This document shows, piece by piece, positions 46,046-55,041 of a stretch of DNA of 64,000 nucleotides (the first letter of the stretch is position 1; every line of letters starts with the position of its first letter). Under the pieces are notes generated by a model that searched no databases, had not been told where the DNA came from, and saw nothing but the letters and a program-made list of their open reading frames with translations. The stretch is from an uncultured Anaerolineae bacterium (GTDB lineage Bacteria > Chloroflexota > Anaerolineae > JACIWP01). The position numbers and the translations under genes are program-made. Location of the stretch: positions 33,974 to 97,973 of the forward strand of contig CALIBQ010000038.1 of NCBI GenBank assembly GCA_938049385.1, given 5' to 3'.

Positions 46046-47563
46046 ATGTCATTCCGCCTTCATGCCGCCCTGCCGGAAGATATTCTGCCGGCCCTGCGTG
46101 AACGGGCACACACGTACCGCGATGCTATCATCGCCGGTATCCAGCACCTTGTCGCCATCCCCAGTGTCAACTCGATGGGCGCCGCATTCCCCAGCCAGGA
46201 GACCCGCGCCGCCCTGCGCTGGATGCTGGAGCACGCCGGCGCCCTCGGCTTCCGCACCCAGAACCTGGACGATATGGTCGGCTTCGTGGAGTATGGGCCG
46301 GCGGATGCCCCAGAGGTCGTGGCAGTGTTGGTCCATCTGGACGTCGTCCCGCCAGGTGAGGGATGGACCCATCCACCCTTTGCCGGCATCGTCTCCGACG
46401 GCATGATCTGGGGGCGCGGCGTGGAAGATGATAAAGGGCCGGCGGTTTCCGCACTATATGCCATGAAGGTGCTCAGCGACCTTGGGCTTCCTCTGCGCCG
46501 CCGCATCCGTCTCATCCTGGGCACGCTGGAAGAGAGCGGCGACTGGAGCGACATCCGGCATTACGAGGCGCGCGAGGGCCGGCCGGTCATGGGCTTCACC
46601 CCGGATGCCCATTTCCCCGTTATCTGCGGCGAGAAGGGCATCCTGAACGTCACTTTCCGGGCGCAGGGGCCGGCGTCCAGCGCTTCTGCCGGCAGACATG
46701 ACATGCGTATTGCCGCATGGCATGCCGGCAGTGCCCCCAACATCGTGCCGGCGTTCGCCTGGGCCGCCCTTGCTTTGGATTCGCGGCGCCTGGAGCCGGC
46801 ATTGGTCTCCCTCCAACGTTCTGCCCGCCGCTTCGCCCAGCATCATCCGGACAGCCAGCTCCAGGTCATGCGGGCCGAACGGTTCCGCGAGCATTACCCC
46901 CAGGAGAGACTGCCGGCGGATGCACAGGTGGTGATCGCCGCAAGCGGGAAAGAGGCGCACGGCGCCCTGCCCTGGGACGGGCATAATGCTCTCCAGGACC
47001 TGGCCAATTTCCTGGCGGCCTGTAAGGTCTGCGACAATGCGATCGGCCGGCTGGCGCATTTCACTGCCCGGCACCTCGGGGTCGGATGGGACGGCGTCGG
47101 CCTGGGCATCGCCGCAGAGCACGACAAACTTGGCCCCACCACGGTCAGCCTGGGCATGGCCCGAGGAGATGCCGATCATGCCAGCATCACGCTGAACATC
47201 CGCCTGACGCCTCCGCATACGGTCGCCAGCCTCTCGGAGAAGCTTCTTCGCATCGGGGAAGAAGCCGGCCTGCAGGTGGAGATTGACCCGACCGCGATGA
47301 ATCCCCTTTTTGTGGACGAACGCGATCCCTTGGTCGTGGGCCTGAAGCGCGCCTATCAGCTTGTTACCGGCCGGCCGGCGGCCTGTGCCTATATCGGCGG
47401 CACCACCTATGCCAAGGCTTTCCCGCGTATGGTGGCCTTTGGCCCCCTGATGCCGGATGAGCCGATGCTGGCGCATCATGTGGACGAGCGGATCAGTCTG
47501 GAGTCGCTGGTGCGCAACACGGAAATCTATGCGCTGGCCCTGTATTTCCTCGCCGGCGCGTAG
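46046..47563 (+). CDS. M20-family dipeptidase (PepV/Sapep-like)
   Basis: 505 aa; M20 metal-binding motifs (LVHLDVVP; GVEDDKGP; GTLEESGDW), dimerization lid domain. Confidence 0.85.
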   Translation: MSFRLHAALPEDILPALRERAHTYRDAIIAGIQHLVAIPSVNSMGAAFPSQETRAALRWMLEHAGALGFRTQNLDDMVGFVEYGPADAPEVVAVLVHLDVVPPGEGWTHPPFAGIVSDGMIWGRGVEDDKGPAVSALYAMKVLSDLGLPLRRRIRLILGTLEESGDWSDIRHYEAREGRPVMGFTPDAHFPVICGEKGILNVTFRAQGPASSASAGRHDMRIAAWHAGSAPNIVPAFAWAALALDSRRLEPALVSLQRSARRFAQHHPDSQLQVMRAERFREHYPQERLPADAQVVIAASGKEAHGALPWDGHNALQDLANFLAACKVCDNAIGRLAHFTARHLGVGWDGVGLGIAAEHDKLGPTTVSLGMARGDADHASITLNIRLTPPHTVASLSEKLLRIGEEAGLQVEIDPTAMNPLFVDERDPLVVGLKRAYQLVTGRPAACAYIGGTTYAKAFPRMVAFGPLMPDEPMLAHHVDERISLESLVRNTEIYALALYFLAGA

Positions 47564-47652
47564 ACTGCCTGTTTCCATTCCAACGCATACGCAAAGGCCC
47601 GGAACCGCAGTGGTCCCGGGCCTTTGGCTTTTCAAGGAGATAGAGCGCACCC

Positions 47653-49284
47653 CTACGGCAGATAGTCCAGGGGGTTGCGCCGCACGTTATTCACGATCAC
47701 TTCGAGATGCAAGTGCGGGCCGGTCGCCCGGCCGGTGGCACCCACAGTGCCGATGGTCTGCCCCTGGGTGACGGCGGTGCCGGCCTCCACGAAAATCTCG
47801 TTGAGGTGGGCATACAGCGTCTGCATGCCGTTGTTGTGCTCAATCACCACCATCAACCCATAGCCCACGTCGGTCCAGCCGGCGCGCACCACATAGCCCG
47901 TGTCCGCCGCCGCGACCGGGGTACCCCGCCGCGTGGCGATATCCAGGCCTGGATGACCTCTTGTGAAGCGCTGGCTGATGCTCCCGCGCACCGGCCAGAT
48001 GAGCGCGCCGGTGCCTACAGGGGCATCTGCCGGCAGTGAGGCTTTGGTCATCCCTTTCCGCGCCTGGCGGATGGGCATTTTGCCGCCCGGCACAAAGAGC
48101 TTCTCTCCAACCTTCAGCGCCTCCGGGTCCAGGACCGGGTTGTACTGGCTGTCCAGGATGGCGTTCATGGTGACGCCGTACTGCCGGGCGATGCCCAGCA
48201 GGGTGTCACCGCGCTGGATGGTATGCACCACACCGTCCGCCGGCGGTATCACCAGCTCCTGTCCCACCCGCAGGCGGTTGGGATTGGCCTGCAGGTCCGG
48301 GTTGGCCCAGATGATGGATTTCTGGTCCAGCCCGAGGGCGCTGGCGATGCTGGAGATGGTGTCCCCTTCCCGCACGACATATTTGCGCAGAAGCACCGTC
48401 TTCGGGCGGAGCTGAGGAAGGTTTGGCGGGATGCCTTCTCCCAGCGGCGTGGCATGCGTCGGCACAATCATGCTGTTCGGCAGGGCAGTCCCTTCCTCAT
48501 CGATCGCCCCCTCTTTCGCCGAGCGGCCGGCGCCTGGTATGCGGAGTTCTTGCCCGATGCTGAGTTTGTCCGGGTCATCCTGCAGTTCCGGGTTCGCCAG
48601 CAGGATATCCAGCAGGCTCACCCCGAACTGCTTGGCGATGCCCGTCAGCGTATCCCCGTCCTGCACCACGTAGACGGCCGGCTCGGGTTCAGGCGTGGGC
48701 AGGAAAGGAATCGCCTCAGGGCTCAGGTCCTCGCCCAGCGGCGTGGCATGGCTGGGCAGAGGCGGCGTGGGCACGCCTACCGGCGTCGCGACAGCCGCCG
48801 GCGCGGCGCCGGCATTTTTCGGCGCTTCCTGGCCGGCGCGGGGGATGCGCAGTTCCTGGCCGACCTTTAGCCGGTGCGGGTCATTCTGCAGGTCCGGGTT
48901 GGCATCCAGGATTTCCTCCTGTTTCACCCCGAAGCGTTTGGCAATGCCGGACACGGTATCTCCCTGCTGAACCGTATAGAGCTGGAACCCCGGTGTAGAC
49001 GCAGGGGATACCGGGGTGATCGCCGGCAGGGCCGGCACCGCCGCTGAGGTCGGCGTTGCCGATGGGGTTGGGGCGCCCGGGGCCGCCGGCGTGGAAGGTG
49101 CCTGCGGCGCGGCCGGCGGAACATACCCTCTGCCGAGCAGTGGGAGGAAGACCCTGGGAGAAGTGCCGCCTTGAGCGTAGGCGAAACGTGCGAAGGGGGA
49201 GAAGAGTGCTATCAGGATGGAGAGAAGAACCATGACCGGCAGGCATTTGTGGGGCGTTGCTGCACGGTAGTCTGGTTCAGCCAC
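47653..49284 (-). CDS. M23-family metallopeptidase with four LysM domains and N-terminal membrane anchor
   Basis: four LysM repeats (e.g. YTVQQGDTVSGIAKRFGV; YVVQDGDTLTGIAKQFGV; YVVREGDTISSIASALGL; HTIQRGDTLLGIARQYGV); C-terminal M23 motifs (HPGLDIA; HLHLEV). Confidence 0.85.
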   Translation of the reverse strand: MAEPDYRAATPHKCLPVMVLLSILIALFSPFARFAYAQGGTSPRVFLPLLGRGYVPPAAPQAPSTPAAPGAPTPSATPTSAAVPALPAITPVSPASTPGFQLYTVQQGDTVSGIAKRFGVKQEEILDANPDLQNDPHRLKVGQELRIPRAGQEAPKNAGAAPAAVATPVGVPTPPLPSHATPLGEDLSPEAIPFLPTPEPEPAVYVVQDGDTLTGIAKQFGVSLLDILLANPELQDDPDKLSIGQELRIPGAGRSAKEGAIDEEGTALPNSMIVPTHATPLGEGIPPNLPQLRPKTVLLRKYVVREGDTISSIASALGLDQKSIIWANPDLQANPNRLRVGQELVIPPADGVVHTIQRGDTLLGIARQYGVTMNAILDSQYNPVLDPEALKVGEKLFVPGGKMPIRQARKGMTKASLPADAPVGTGALIWPVRGSISQRFTRGHPGLDIATRRGTPVAAADTGYVVRAGWTDVGYGLMVVIEHNNGMQTLYAHLNEIFVEAGTAVTQGQTIGTVGATGRATGPHLHLEVIVNNVRRNPLDYLP

Positions 49285-49373
49285 TATGCCAACCTCCGAT
49301 GTCTAAGATGTGAGCGAGCCGGCACAACGCCGCCATAATAGCATAAATGCGCCGTATGCGCAAATCGGCACAA

Positions 49374-49600
49374 GGAGGGTGTGGAAAAAGACTCATTGCC
49401 TGGCAGTTGAAACTGCGTCTGGTGCCTGCGAAGTCGGCACAGGTCGACTTCGCGAAGCCTGCGCAGGCAGGCTTCGCAGGTGTTGCCGTGGCCTCAGCCG
49501 CCAAACGCTAGCGCACCAGGCTTACGCTACCAAGCCCCGTAGGGGCTTGGCTTCCTGAGCCGGCGGCTTCCAGCCGCCGGCGAACTTCCGACAAGCGGAT
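49374..49600. repeat. MITE-like repeat copy (inverted orientation) plus hairpin module
   Basis: GGAGGGTGTGGAAAAAGACTCATTGCCTGGCAGTTGAAACTGCG...CTGCGAAGTCGGCACAGGTCGACTTCGCGAAGCCTGCGCAGGCAGGCTTCGCAGGTGTTGCCGTGGCCTCAGCCGCC; second module CCAAGCCCCGTAGGGGCTTGG...AGCCGGCGGCTTCCAGCCGCCGGCGAAC as in 4431-4490. Confidence 0.7.
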
Positions 49601-49750
49601 GGCCGACCTCCTGGGCCACACTGAGGGCGGCCAAGAAGGCACTGAATCCTCAGACCACCATATGTAGGTTCGCTGTGGGATGTCTCCTGCGCATTCTTAT
49701 GCTCCAGCGCCAACATGCCGCGTTTTCATGACCTTTTCAGCGTTCTCAAT

Positions 49751-49820
49751 TTCCAGGAACTGCCGACGCGTGCTATAATGATTGTTATCACTGCGGCCCA
49801 CTGAACACGTGGGCCGCAGT
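49751..49820 (+). promoter_or_regulatory. promoter (TTCCAG-N17-TATAAT) plus 5'-UTR stem-loop ACTGCGGCCCAC-TGAACAC-GTGGGCCGCAGT upstream of GT2 gene
   Basis: -35 49751-49756, -10 49774-49779; perfect 12-bp hairpin 49790-49820 beginning within ~5 nt of predicted TSS; GAGGAGG RBS at 49845. Confidence 0.45.
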
Positions 49821-49858
49821 ACATGGAAGACGAGCCTCTGGTCTGAGGAGGATGCACT

Positions 49859-51337
49859 TTGCTGGTGAGCGCGCTGAAAGCTGTCTACCTGATTGCCGCC
49901 CTGCTCTTGGGAATATACGGCCTCCAGGCGCTGGTCCTCAGCATATTGTACTGGCTCCACCGTCGCGAGAGCGTTGCCCTGCCGGCCGTCTCCTCTTGGC
50001 CGGCGGTCACGGTCCAACTGCCCATCTATAATGAGATGTATGTGGCAGAACGCATCCTGCGCGCGGTGGCACGCCTGCGGTACCCGCGCGAGAAACTGCA
50101 TATTCAGGTGCTGGACGACTCCACCGATGAGACCAGCCGTCTGCTGGAGCGGGCGGTGGAGCGCTATCGCGAGGCCGGCTTCAATATTGACCTCATCCGC
50201 CGGCCGGAGCGTCGGGGGTTCAAGGCCGGCGCACTGCAGTACGGCCTCGCAGTAGCAAAGGGGGAGTTTATCGCCATTTTCGACGCCGATTTCGTCCCGC
50301 CGGCCGATTTTCTCCTGCGCACCATCCCCTATTTTTCGCTCGACCCACGCCTGGGTTTCGTGCAGACGCGCTGGGGGCACTTGAACGCGGAGCACTCCAC
50401 ACTGACGCGCGCGCAATCCATCGGCTTGGACGGCCATTTTGTCGTGGAGCAGACCGGCCGCCAGCGCGGGGGGCTGTTCATGTCCTTTAACGGCACGGCC
50501 GGCGTCTGGCGGCGCTCCTGCATCGTCGAGAGCGGGGGATGGCAGGCGGACACCCTGTGCGAGGACCTGGACTTGAGCTATCGGGCGCAGATGGCTGGCT
50601 GGCACTGTATATATCTGCCGGATATTGTGGTGCCGGCAGAGATACCGCCGCAGATAGCCGCCTTCAAACGCCAGCAGGCCCGCTGGGCGCACGGCTCCGT
50701 GCAGTGCCTGATGAAGCTCTGGCGGCCGGTCCTGACCAGCTCCAAGCCGCTGGCGGCGAAATTACTTGGCCTGGTGCACCTGGGGGCGTACCTGGCGCAT
50801 CCGATGAGCCTGCTGTTGCTGTTGTGCCTCGTGCCCCTGCTGGCATGGGATGGGGGGGTCCATCTGAAGCTGGCGTTTTTGAACGCGGTGAGCTTCGGGC
50901 CGCCCCTGGTCTATCTCCTCGGACAACAGCGGTTGTACCGGGATTGGCCGCGCCGGCTGGCATATTTCCCGGTCCTGTTCCTGCTGGGCACTGGGTTGAG
51001 CTGGAGCAATAGCCTAGCCATTGCAAAAGCGGTACTGCGCCGGCCCATGGTCTTCCAACGCACGCCTAAGTTCCGGCTTACCTCCTCTACTGCCGGCTGG
51101 GAGCGCAAGCGCTATGTCCTCCGCTGGAATTGGGACAATCTGGGCGAGGTGTTGATGATGGCATACGCCGGCACGGGGATACTCATAGCCGTGGAGCATG
51201 AGGCCTTCTACATCATCCCCTTCCTGGCGCTGTATTTTCTGGGCTTCGGCTACGTAGCCTTCTACGACCTTTGGCGGCAGTGGCGGGCTTCCCGAGCAGA
51301 GCGCCGATCGGCCTCTCCACGTCATTCGCCGGTATGA
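49859..51337 (+). CDS. processive family-2 glycosyltransferase (cellulose synthase/PgaC/NodC-like) with flanking TM helices
   Basis: TTG start at 49859 after GAGGAGG RBS; GT2 motifs DDSTDET, FDADF (DxD), QQARWAHG (QxxRW). Confidence 0.85.
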   Translation: MLVSALKAVYLIAALLLGIYGLQALVLSILYWLHRRESVALPAVSSWPAVTVQLPIYNEMYVAERILRAVARLRYPREKLHIQVLDDSTDETSRLLERAVERYREAGFNIDLIRRPERRGFKAGALQYGLAVAKGEFIAIFDADFVPPADFLLRTIPYFSLDPRLGFVQTRWGHLNAEHSTLTRAQSIGLDGHFVVEQTGRQRGGLFMSFNGTAGVWRRSCIVESGGWQADTLCEDLDLSYRAQMAGWHCIYLPDIVVPAEIPPQIAAFKRQQARWAHGSVQCLMKLWRPVLTSSKPLAAKLLGLVHLGAYLAHPMSLLLLLCLVPLLAWDGGVHLKLAFLNAVSFGPPLVYLLGQQRLYRDWPRRLAYFPVLFLLGTGLSWSNSLAIAKAVLRRPMVFQRTPKFRLTSSTAGWERKRYVLRWNWDNLGEVLMMAYAGTGILIAVEHEAFYIIPFLALYFLGFGYVAFYDLWRQWRASRAERRSASPRHSPV

Positions 51338-51353
51338 AGCGCTCTGTCAGGCG

Positions 51354-51848
51354 TCAGTGACGCTGAAGGAAGGCGCGGGCGATGGCCTCTTTCTCCTCGT
51401 CGGTGAGGTTGTGTTCCGACTCCCAGCCGCACAGGGGCTTGGCATAGACGCGCTGATTCTGCCGGCCGGCCAGGCTGGTCAGCACCACGCCGTTGCCGTG
51501 CCCATCCACCAGGGCGATGGAGAAGCTCTGCTGGCCGCTGACATCCGGGTAAGCGTCGAAGCGCACGATGCCGAGGTGCTGGAGGGAGAGCTTGGCGGCC
51601 TTTTCCAACTGGCGCGAGGCGCGGGTCAACTGCTCCACCTGTTCGGCGGTGACCCGGGCCTGCTGGAGGTATTCGTCGAGGATTTCCTCCAGCGGCCGCC
51701 CTTCGCGACCGCGCATCAGTTGCAGATAGCGCCCTAACAGCCGGCTGACGCGCGCCTGCATCGTCACCAGCCAGAGCAGAAGGATGATGAGCAGGCCGGC
51801 GGAGACGAGCCACAACAGCGCCAGATGGTTTTCGATCCAGACCAGCAT
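51354..51848 (-). CDS. DUF4446-like membrane-anchored hypothetical protein
   Basis: ORF 51354..52091; start at MLVWIENH (ATG 51848, GGAGGGG RBS); N-terminal TM helix then coiled-coil region. Confidence 0.55.
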   Translation of the reverse strand: MLVWIENHLALLWLVSAGLLIILLLWLVTMQARVSRLLGRYLQLMRGREGRPLEEILDEYLQQARVTAEQVEQLTRASRQLEKAAKLSLQHLGIVRFDAYPDVSGQQSFSIALVDGHGNGVVLTSLAGRQNQRVYAKPLCGWESEHNLTDEEKEAIARAFLQRH

Positions 51849-51921
51849 ATACAGGCCCCTCCGTGGGAGATGAAGGACATTACACGGCCTGATTGTAGCG
51901 AAATTACGCCCGAGGGTCAAC

Positions 51922-52533
51922 ATGTCGCGCCATGCCAAACTGCTCATTGCCACGAATAACGCCGGCAAACTGCGGGAATATGCGGACCTGCTGGGGGATT
52001 TGCCGGTGCAGTTGACCACGCCGCGCCAGGAAGGCATCGAGCTGGAGGTCGAGGAAAGCGGCACCACCTTCGCGGAGAATGCCCTGCTCAAGGCGCGCGC
52101 CTACTGCGCGGCCAGCCGGCTCCCGACCCTGGCGGATGACTCCGGCCTGGAGGTGGATGCGCTGGGCGGTGCGCCGGGCGTGTTTTCGGCGCGCTATGCC
52201 GGCAACAACGCCACCGACCGCCAGCGCTATGAGAAGCTCTTGGCGGAACTGCGGGGGGTTCCGCCGGCGGAGCGCACCGCCCGCTTCCGCTGTGTGATTG
52301 CCCTGGTCATGCCGGACGGCACCGAGGAAATTACCGAAGGGGAATGCGAGGGCGTCATCATTGACACACCGCGGGGCGAACATGGTTTTGGTTACGACCC
52401 GGTCTTCTATATGCCGGCGCTGGGCAAGACCATGGCGGAGCTTCCGCCGGTGCTGAAGAACCGGGTCAGCCATCGGGCGCGCGCCCTGATGCGCATGAAG
52501 CCCGTCCTGCAGGCTTTGCTGGAGCGCTCATAG
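51922..52533 (+). CDS. rdgB: non-canonical purine NTP pyrophosphatase (dITP/XTP pyrophosphatase, Ham1/RdgB)
   Basis: LLIATNNAGKLREY, LEVEESGTTFAENALLKA, GFGYDPVFY conserved Ham1 motifs. Confidence 0.85.
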   Translation: MSRHAKLLIATNNAGKLREYADLLGDLPVQLTTPRQEGIELEVEESGTTFAENALLKARAYCAASRLPTLADDSGLEVDALGGAPGVFSARYAGNNATDRQRYEKLLAELRGVPPAERTARFRCVIALVMPDGTEEITEGECEGVIIDTPRGEHGFGYDPVFYMPALGKTMAELPPVLKNRVSHRARALMRMKPVLQALLERS

Positions 52534-53289
52534 GCCGGCCAGGAACTCACTCACTGCGCCGGCGACCTCTTCCGGGCGCTCGAAGGTCAGCATATGGCCG
52601 GCGCCGGCGAATGTCACCATGCGGGCGCGCGGCAGTCCATGGTACAGTTCCTCGGATAGGGCGAGGGGGACCATGCGGTCCTCACTGCCGGCCAGGATGA
52701 GGGCCGGCGGTTGGATGTCCTTCAGCTCGGCGCGGCGGTTGAACCGACTGCAGGCCAGGAAATCGCGGTACAGCACCGCCGGCGGCACCTGCTCCAGCCG
52801 CCGGCGGGCCAGGGCTTTGCCCTCTTCCGGAAAATCCCATCCGTATGCCCAGCCGATAATGCGAGGGATGATCTCTCCCGGCGACTGCTGAAGCTCTTCC
52901 AGGATGAGCGGCGAGACCGGCAGTCGCGCGCCGGCGCCGATGAGCACCAGGGCGCGCACCAATCCAGGCTCCTGCAGGGCCAGCTCCAGCGCGATGGCCG
53001 CGCCCATGGAATGGCCGACCAGCACCGCCGGCGGCAGTGCCAAGGCGCGCATCCATTCTGCTGTCCAGGCGCTGTAACCGGCGATAGAATCGCGTGCCGG
53101 CGGCGCAGAGCGCCCATGCCCGGGCAGGTCAAGGGCATATACCCGCGCATCGGGCAGGCGCCGCAGGGAAGCCGGCCAGTCCAGATGGCTCCCGCCGGCG
53201 CCGTGAATGAGCAGGAGGGTGTGTGCGGCTTCTAGCGGGCCGGCGGCCGTGTAATAGGCGCGGCCTGTGGGGGTGTTTAGGAATGGCAT
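52528..53289 (-). CDS. alpha/beta-fold hydrolase
   Basis: oxyanion HGAGGS, nucleophile elbow GHSMGAAIALE, ~250 aa single domain. Confidence 0.8.
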   Translation of the reverse strand: MPFLNTPTGRAYYTAAGPLEAAHTLLLIHGAGGSHLDWPASLRRLPDARVYALDLPGHGRSAPPARDSIAGYSAWTAEWMRALALPPAVLVGHSMGAAIALELALQEPGLVRALVLIGAGARLPVSPLILEELQQSPGEIIPRIIGWAYGWDFPEEGKALARRRLEQVPPAVLYRDFLACSRFNRRAELKDIQPPALILAGSEDRMVPLALSEELYHGLPRARMVTFAGAGHMLTFERPEEVAGAVSEFLAGL

Positions 53290-53310
53290 GGGTGCATCCT
53301 CCGGCCGGCC

Positions 53311-54063
53311 TCACGCCGGCAGGGGTTCCAGGTCGCCGGCCTCGTAGAGAATGGCGGCGGCGGCGACGATGCCGGCGGTCTCGGCGCGCAGGATGCGCGG
53401 CCCTAGGCTGATGGTGCGGACGCCGTAGGCCTGGGCCATACGCACCTCATCCTCCGTGAAACCGCCTTCCGGCCCGATGAAGAGGTTGATGGAGAAGGGG
53501 AGCGGTGCGCTGGACAGCAGGCGCTTCAGGCTGGTGCGAGTCTCGTCCTCCCAGGGGAGCAGGGTCAAGCCGCCGGCATCGCGGGCGCGTTCCAGCGCCT
53601 GCTGGAACATGGCGGCCGGCTCCAGGATGGGGAGCCGGCCGCGGCGAGACTGCTCGGCGGCCTCGCGGATAATGCGCTCCCAGCGCTCATGCTTGCGGCG
53701 GATGTCGTCCAGGTTGGCGACCACACAGCGGGAGGTGATGATGGGCACGAACTCGACGATGCCCAGCTCCGTCCCCTTTTGCAGGGCGAATTCGAAGCGG
53801 TCTCCCTTCAACATGGCTTGGTACAGGCTGACCTTGACCCGTGGTTCTCCCCGGGCGAGCATGCGTCGGATAATGTTCCCGCTGATCTGGTACGGCTCGA
53901 CCTCGGTCAGCTCCACCTCCATTTCCCAACCGGAATCATCCAGGACGATGATGTGCTCCCCCGGGGTCATGCGCAGGACGTTGCGGATATGGTGTGCCTG
54001 CTGGCCCTGGATGAGCACTCGGCCGCGCCCGATGGCGTTTGGGGAGACGAAAAAGCGGTGCAT
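53311..54063 (-). CDS. rsmE: 16S rRNA (uracil1498-N3)-methyltransferase RsmE
   Basis: MHRFFV N-terminal PUA-like domain, SPOUT C-terminal domain (LFIGPEGGFTEDE). Confidence 0.85.
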   Translation of the reverse strand: MHRFFVSPNAIGRGRVLIQGQQAHHIRNVLRMTPGEHIIVLDDSGWEMEVELTEVEPYQISGNIIRRMLARGEPRVKVSLYQAMLKGDRFEFALQKGTELGIVEFVPIITSRCVVANLDDIRRKHERWERIIREAAEQSRRGRLPILEPAAMFQQALERARDAGGLTLLPWEDETRTSLKRLLSSAPLPFSINLFIGPEGGFTEDEVRMAQAYGVRTISLGPRILRAETAGIVAAAAILYEAGDLEPLPA

Positions 54064-54072
54064 GGTACCACC

Positions 54073-55041
54073 TCATCCTCCGGTTTTGCGGACGACTAAT
54101 CCCACCCAATCGCCCTGGGTTTGGCGCTCTATGACGATGAGGCCGGCTTCTTCCAGGGCGTCATGTACCAGTTCCTCACGTTCCTGGATGATACCGGAGA
54201 GGATCATCAGGCCATCCGGCGCGAGCCAGGCGTCCAGGCCGTGTGATATCATGGTGGCGATGACCTCAGCCAGGATGTTGACCAGCATGAGGTCGAACCC
54301 CTGCGGCGCCATCAGGGCGGCCTCGTCCACGGCGCGCTGGTCCTCCTCGCCGCGCGGCGGTAGGGTGCCCTGCAGGACTATGATGCGGTCCGCCAGGCCG
54401 TTGGCGGCGGCATTGTCCGCGGCGACCTCCACGGCCAGGGCGTCAATATCGAGGGCCAGGATGCGCGCCGCGCCCAGCTTGCCGGCGGCAATGGAAAGGA
54501 TGCCGGAACCGCATCCCAGGTCGAGGACCTTCTGGCCGGGCCGGCAGTGGCGTTCCAACGCCTGGAGGCACAACTGCGTGGACGGATGCAGGCCGGTGCC
54601 GAAGGCCATGCCCGGGTCTAGCTCAACAATAATCTCATCCGCCTGTGCCTGCCACTCGCACCAGGTGGGTTTGATGACGATCCGCTCGCCCAGCTTCATT
54701 GGGCGGTAATGAGCCTTCCAGGCCTCCGCCCAATCCGAGTCCTCCAGCAGTTTGAACTGCACGGGGCCGGTGGGGTGTACTTGGTTGATGTGCCAGACGG
54801 CCTCCTCCACCCGCCGGCGGCACTCTTCTTCTTCCAGCGTGTGATGGACGGGGAAGTAGCCGATGACCCAGTACAGGCCGGCTTCTGGGGAATCGGGCGG
54901 CGCGGCCGGCTCCACCCGCTCCAGCACGGCGCCGCCGGTGCTCATGCGGTTGAAATATTCACTGATAGCCTCCACGGCCTCCCCATCGGCCCGCACGCGC
55001 GCTTCCAACCAGCGTACCCGAGGTGAACTAGTGTGGTTCAT
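54073..55041 (-). CDS. prmA: ribosomal protein L11 methyltransferase PrmA
   Basis: [15 protein letters not shown]-binding [22 protein letters not shown]. Confidence 0.85.
   Translation of the reverse strand: MNHTSSPRVRWLEARVRADGEAVEAISEYFNRMSTGGAVLERVEPAAPPDSPEAGLYWVIGYFPVHHTLEEEECRRRVEEAVWHINQVHPTGPVQFKLLEDSDWAEAWKAHYRPMKLGERIVIKPTWCEWQAQADEIIVELDPGMAFGTGLHPSTQLCLQALERHCRPGQKVLDLGCGSGILSIAAGKLGAARILALDIDALAVEVAADNAAANGLADRIIVLQGTLPPRGEEDQRAVDEAALMAPQGFDLMLVNILAEVIATMISHGLDAWLAPDGLMILSGIIQEREELVHDALEEAGLIVIERQTQGDWVGLVVRKTGG

Noticed and set aside
4240-49600. Possibility that the dispersed repeats form a CRISPR array
   Set aside because: Copies are 9-18 kb apart, not regularly spaced with short spacers, differ in orientation and have TIRs; no cas genes
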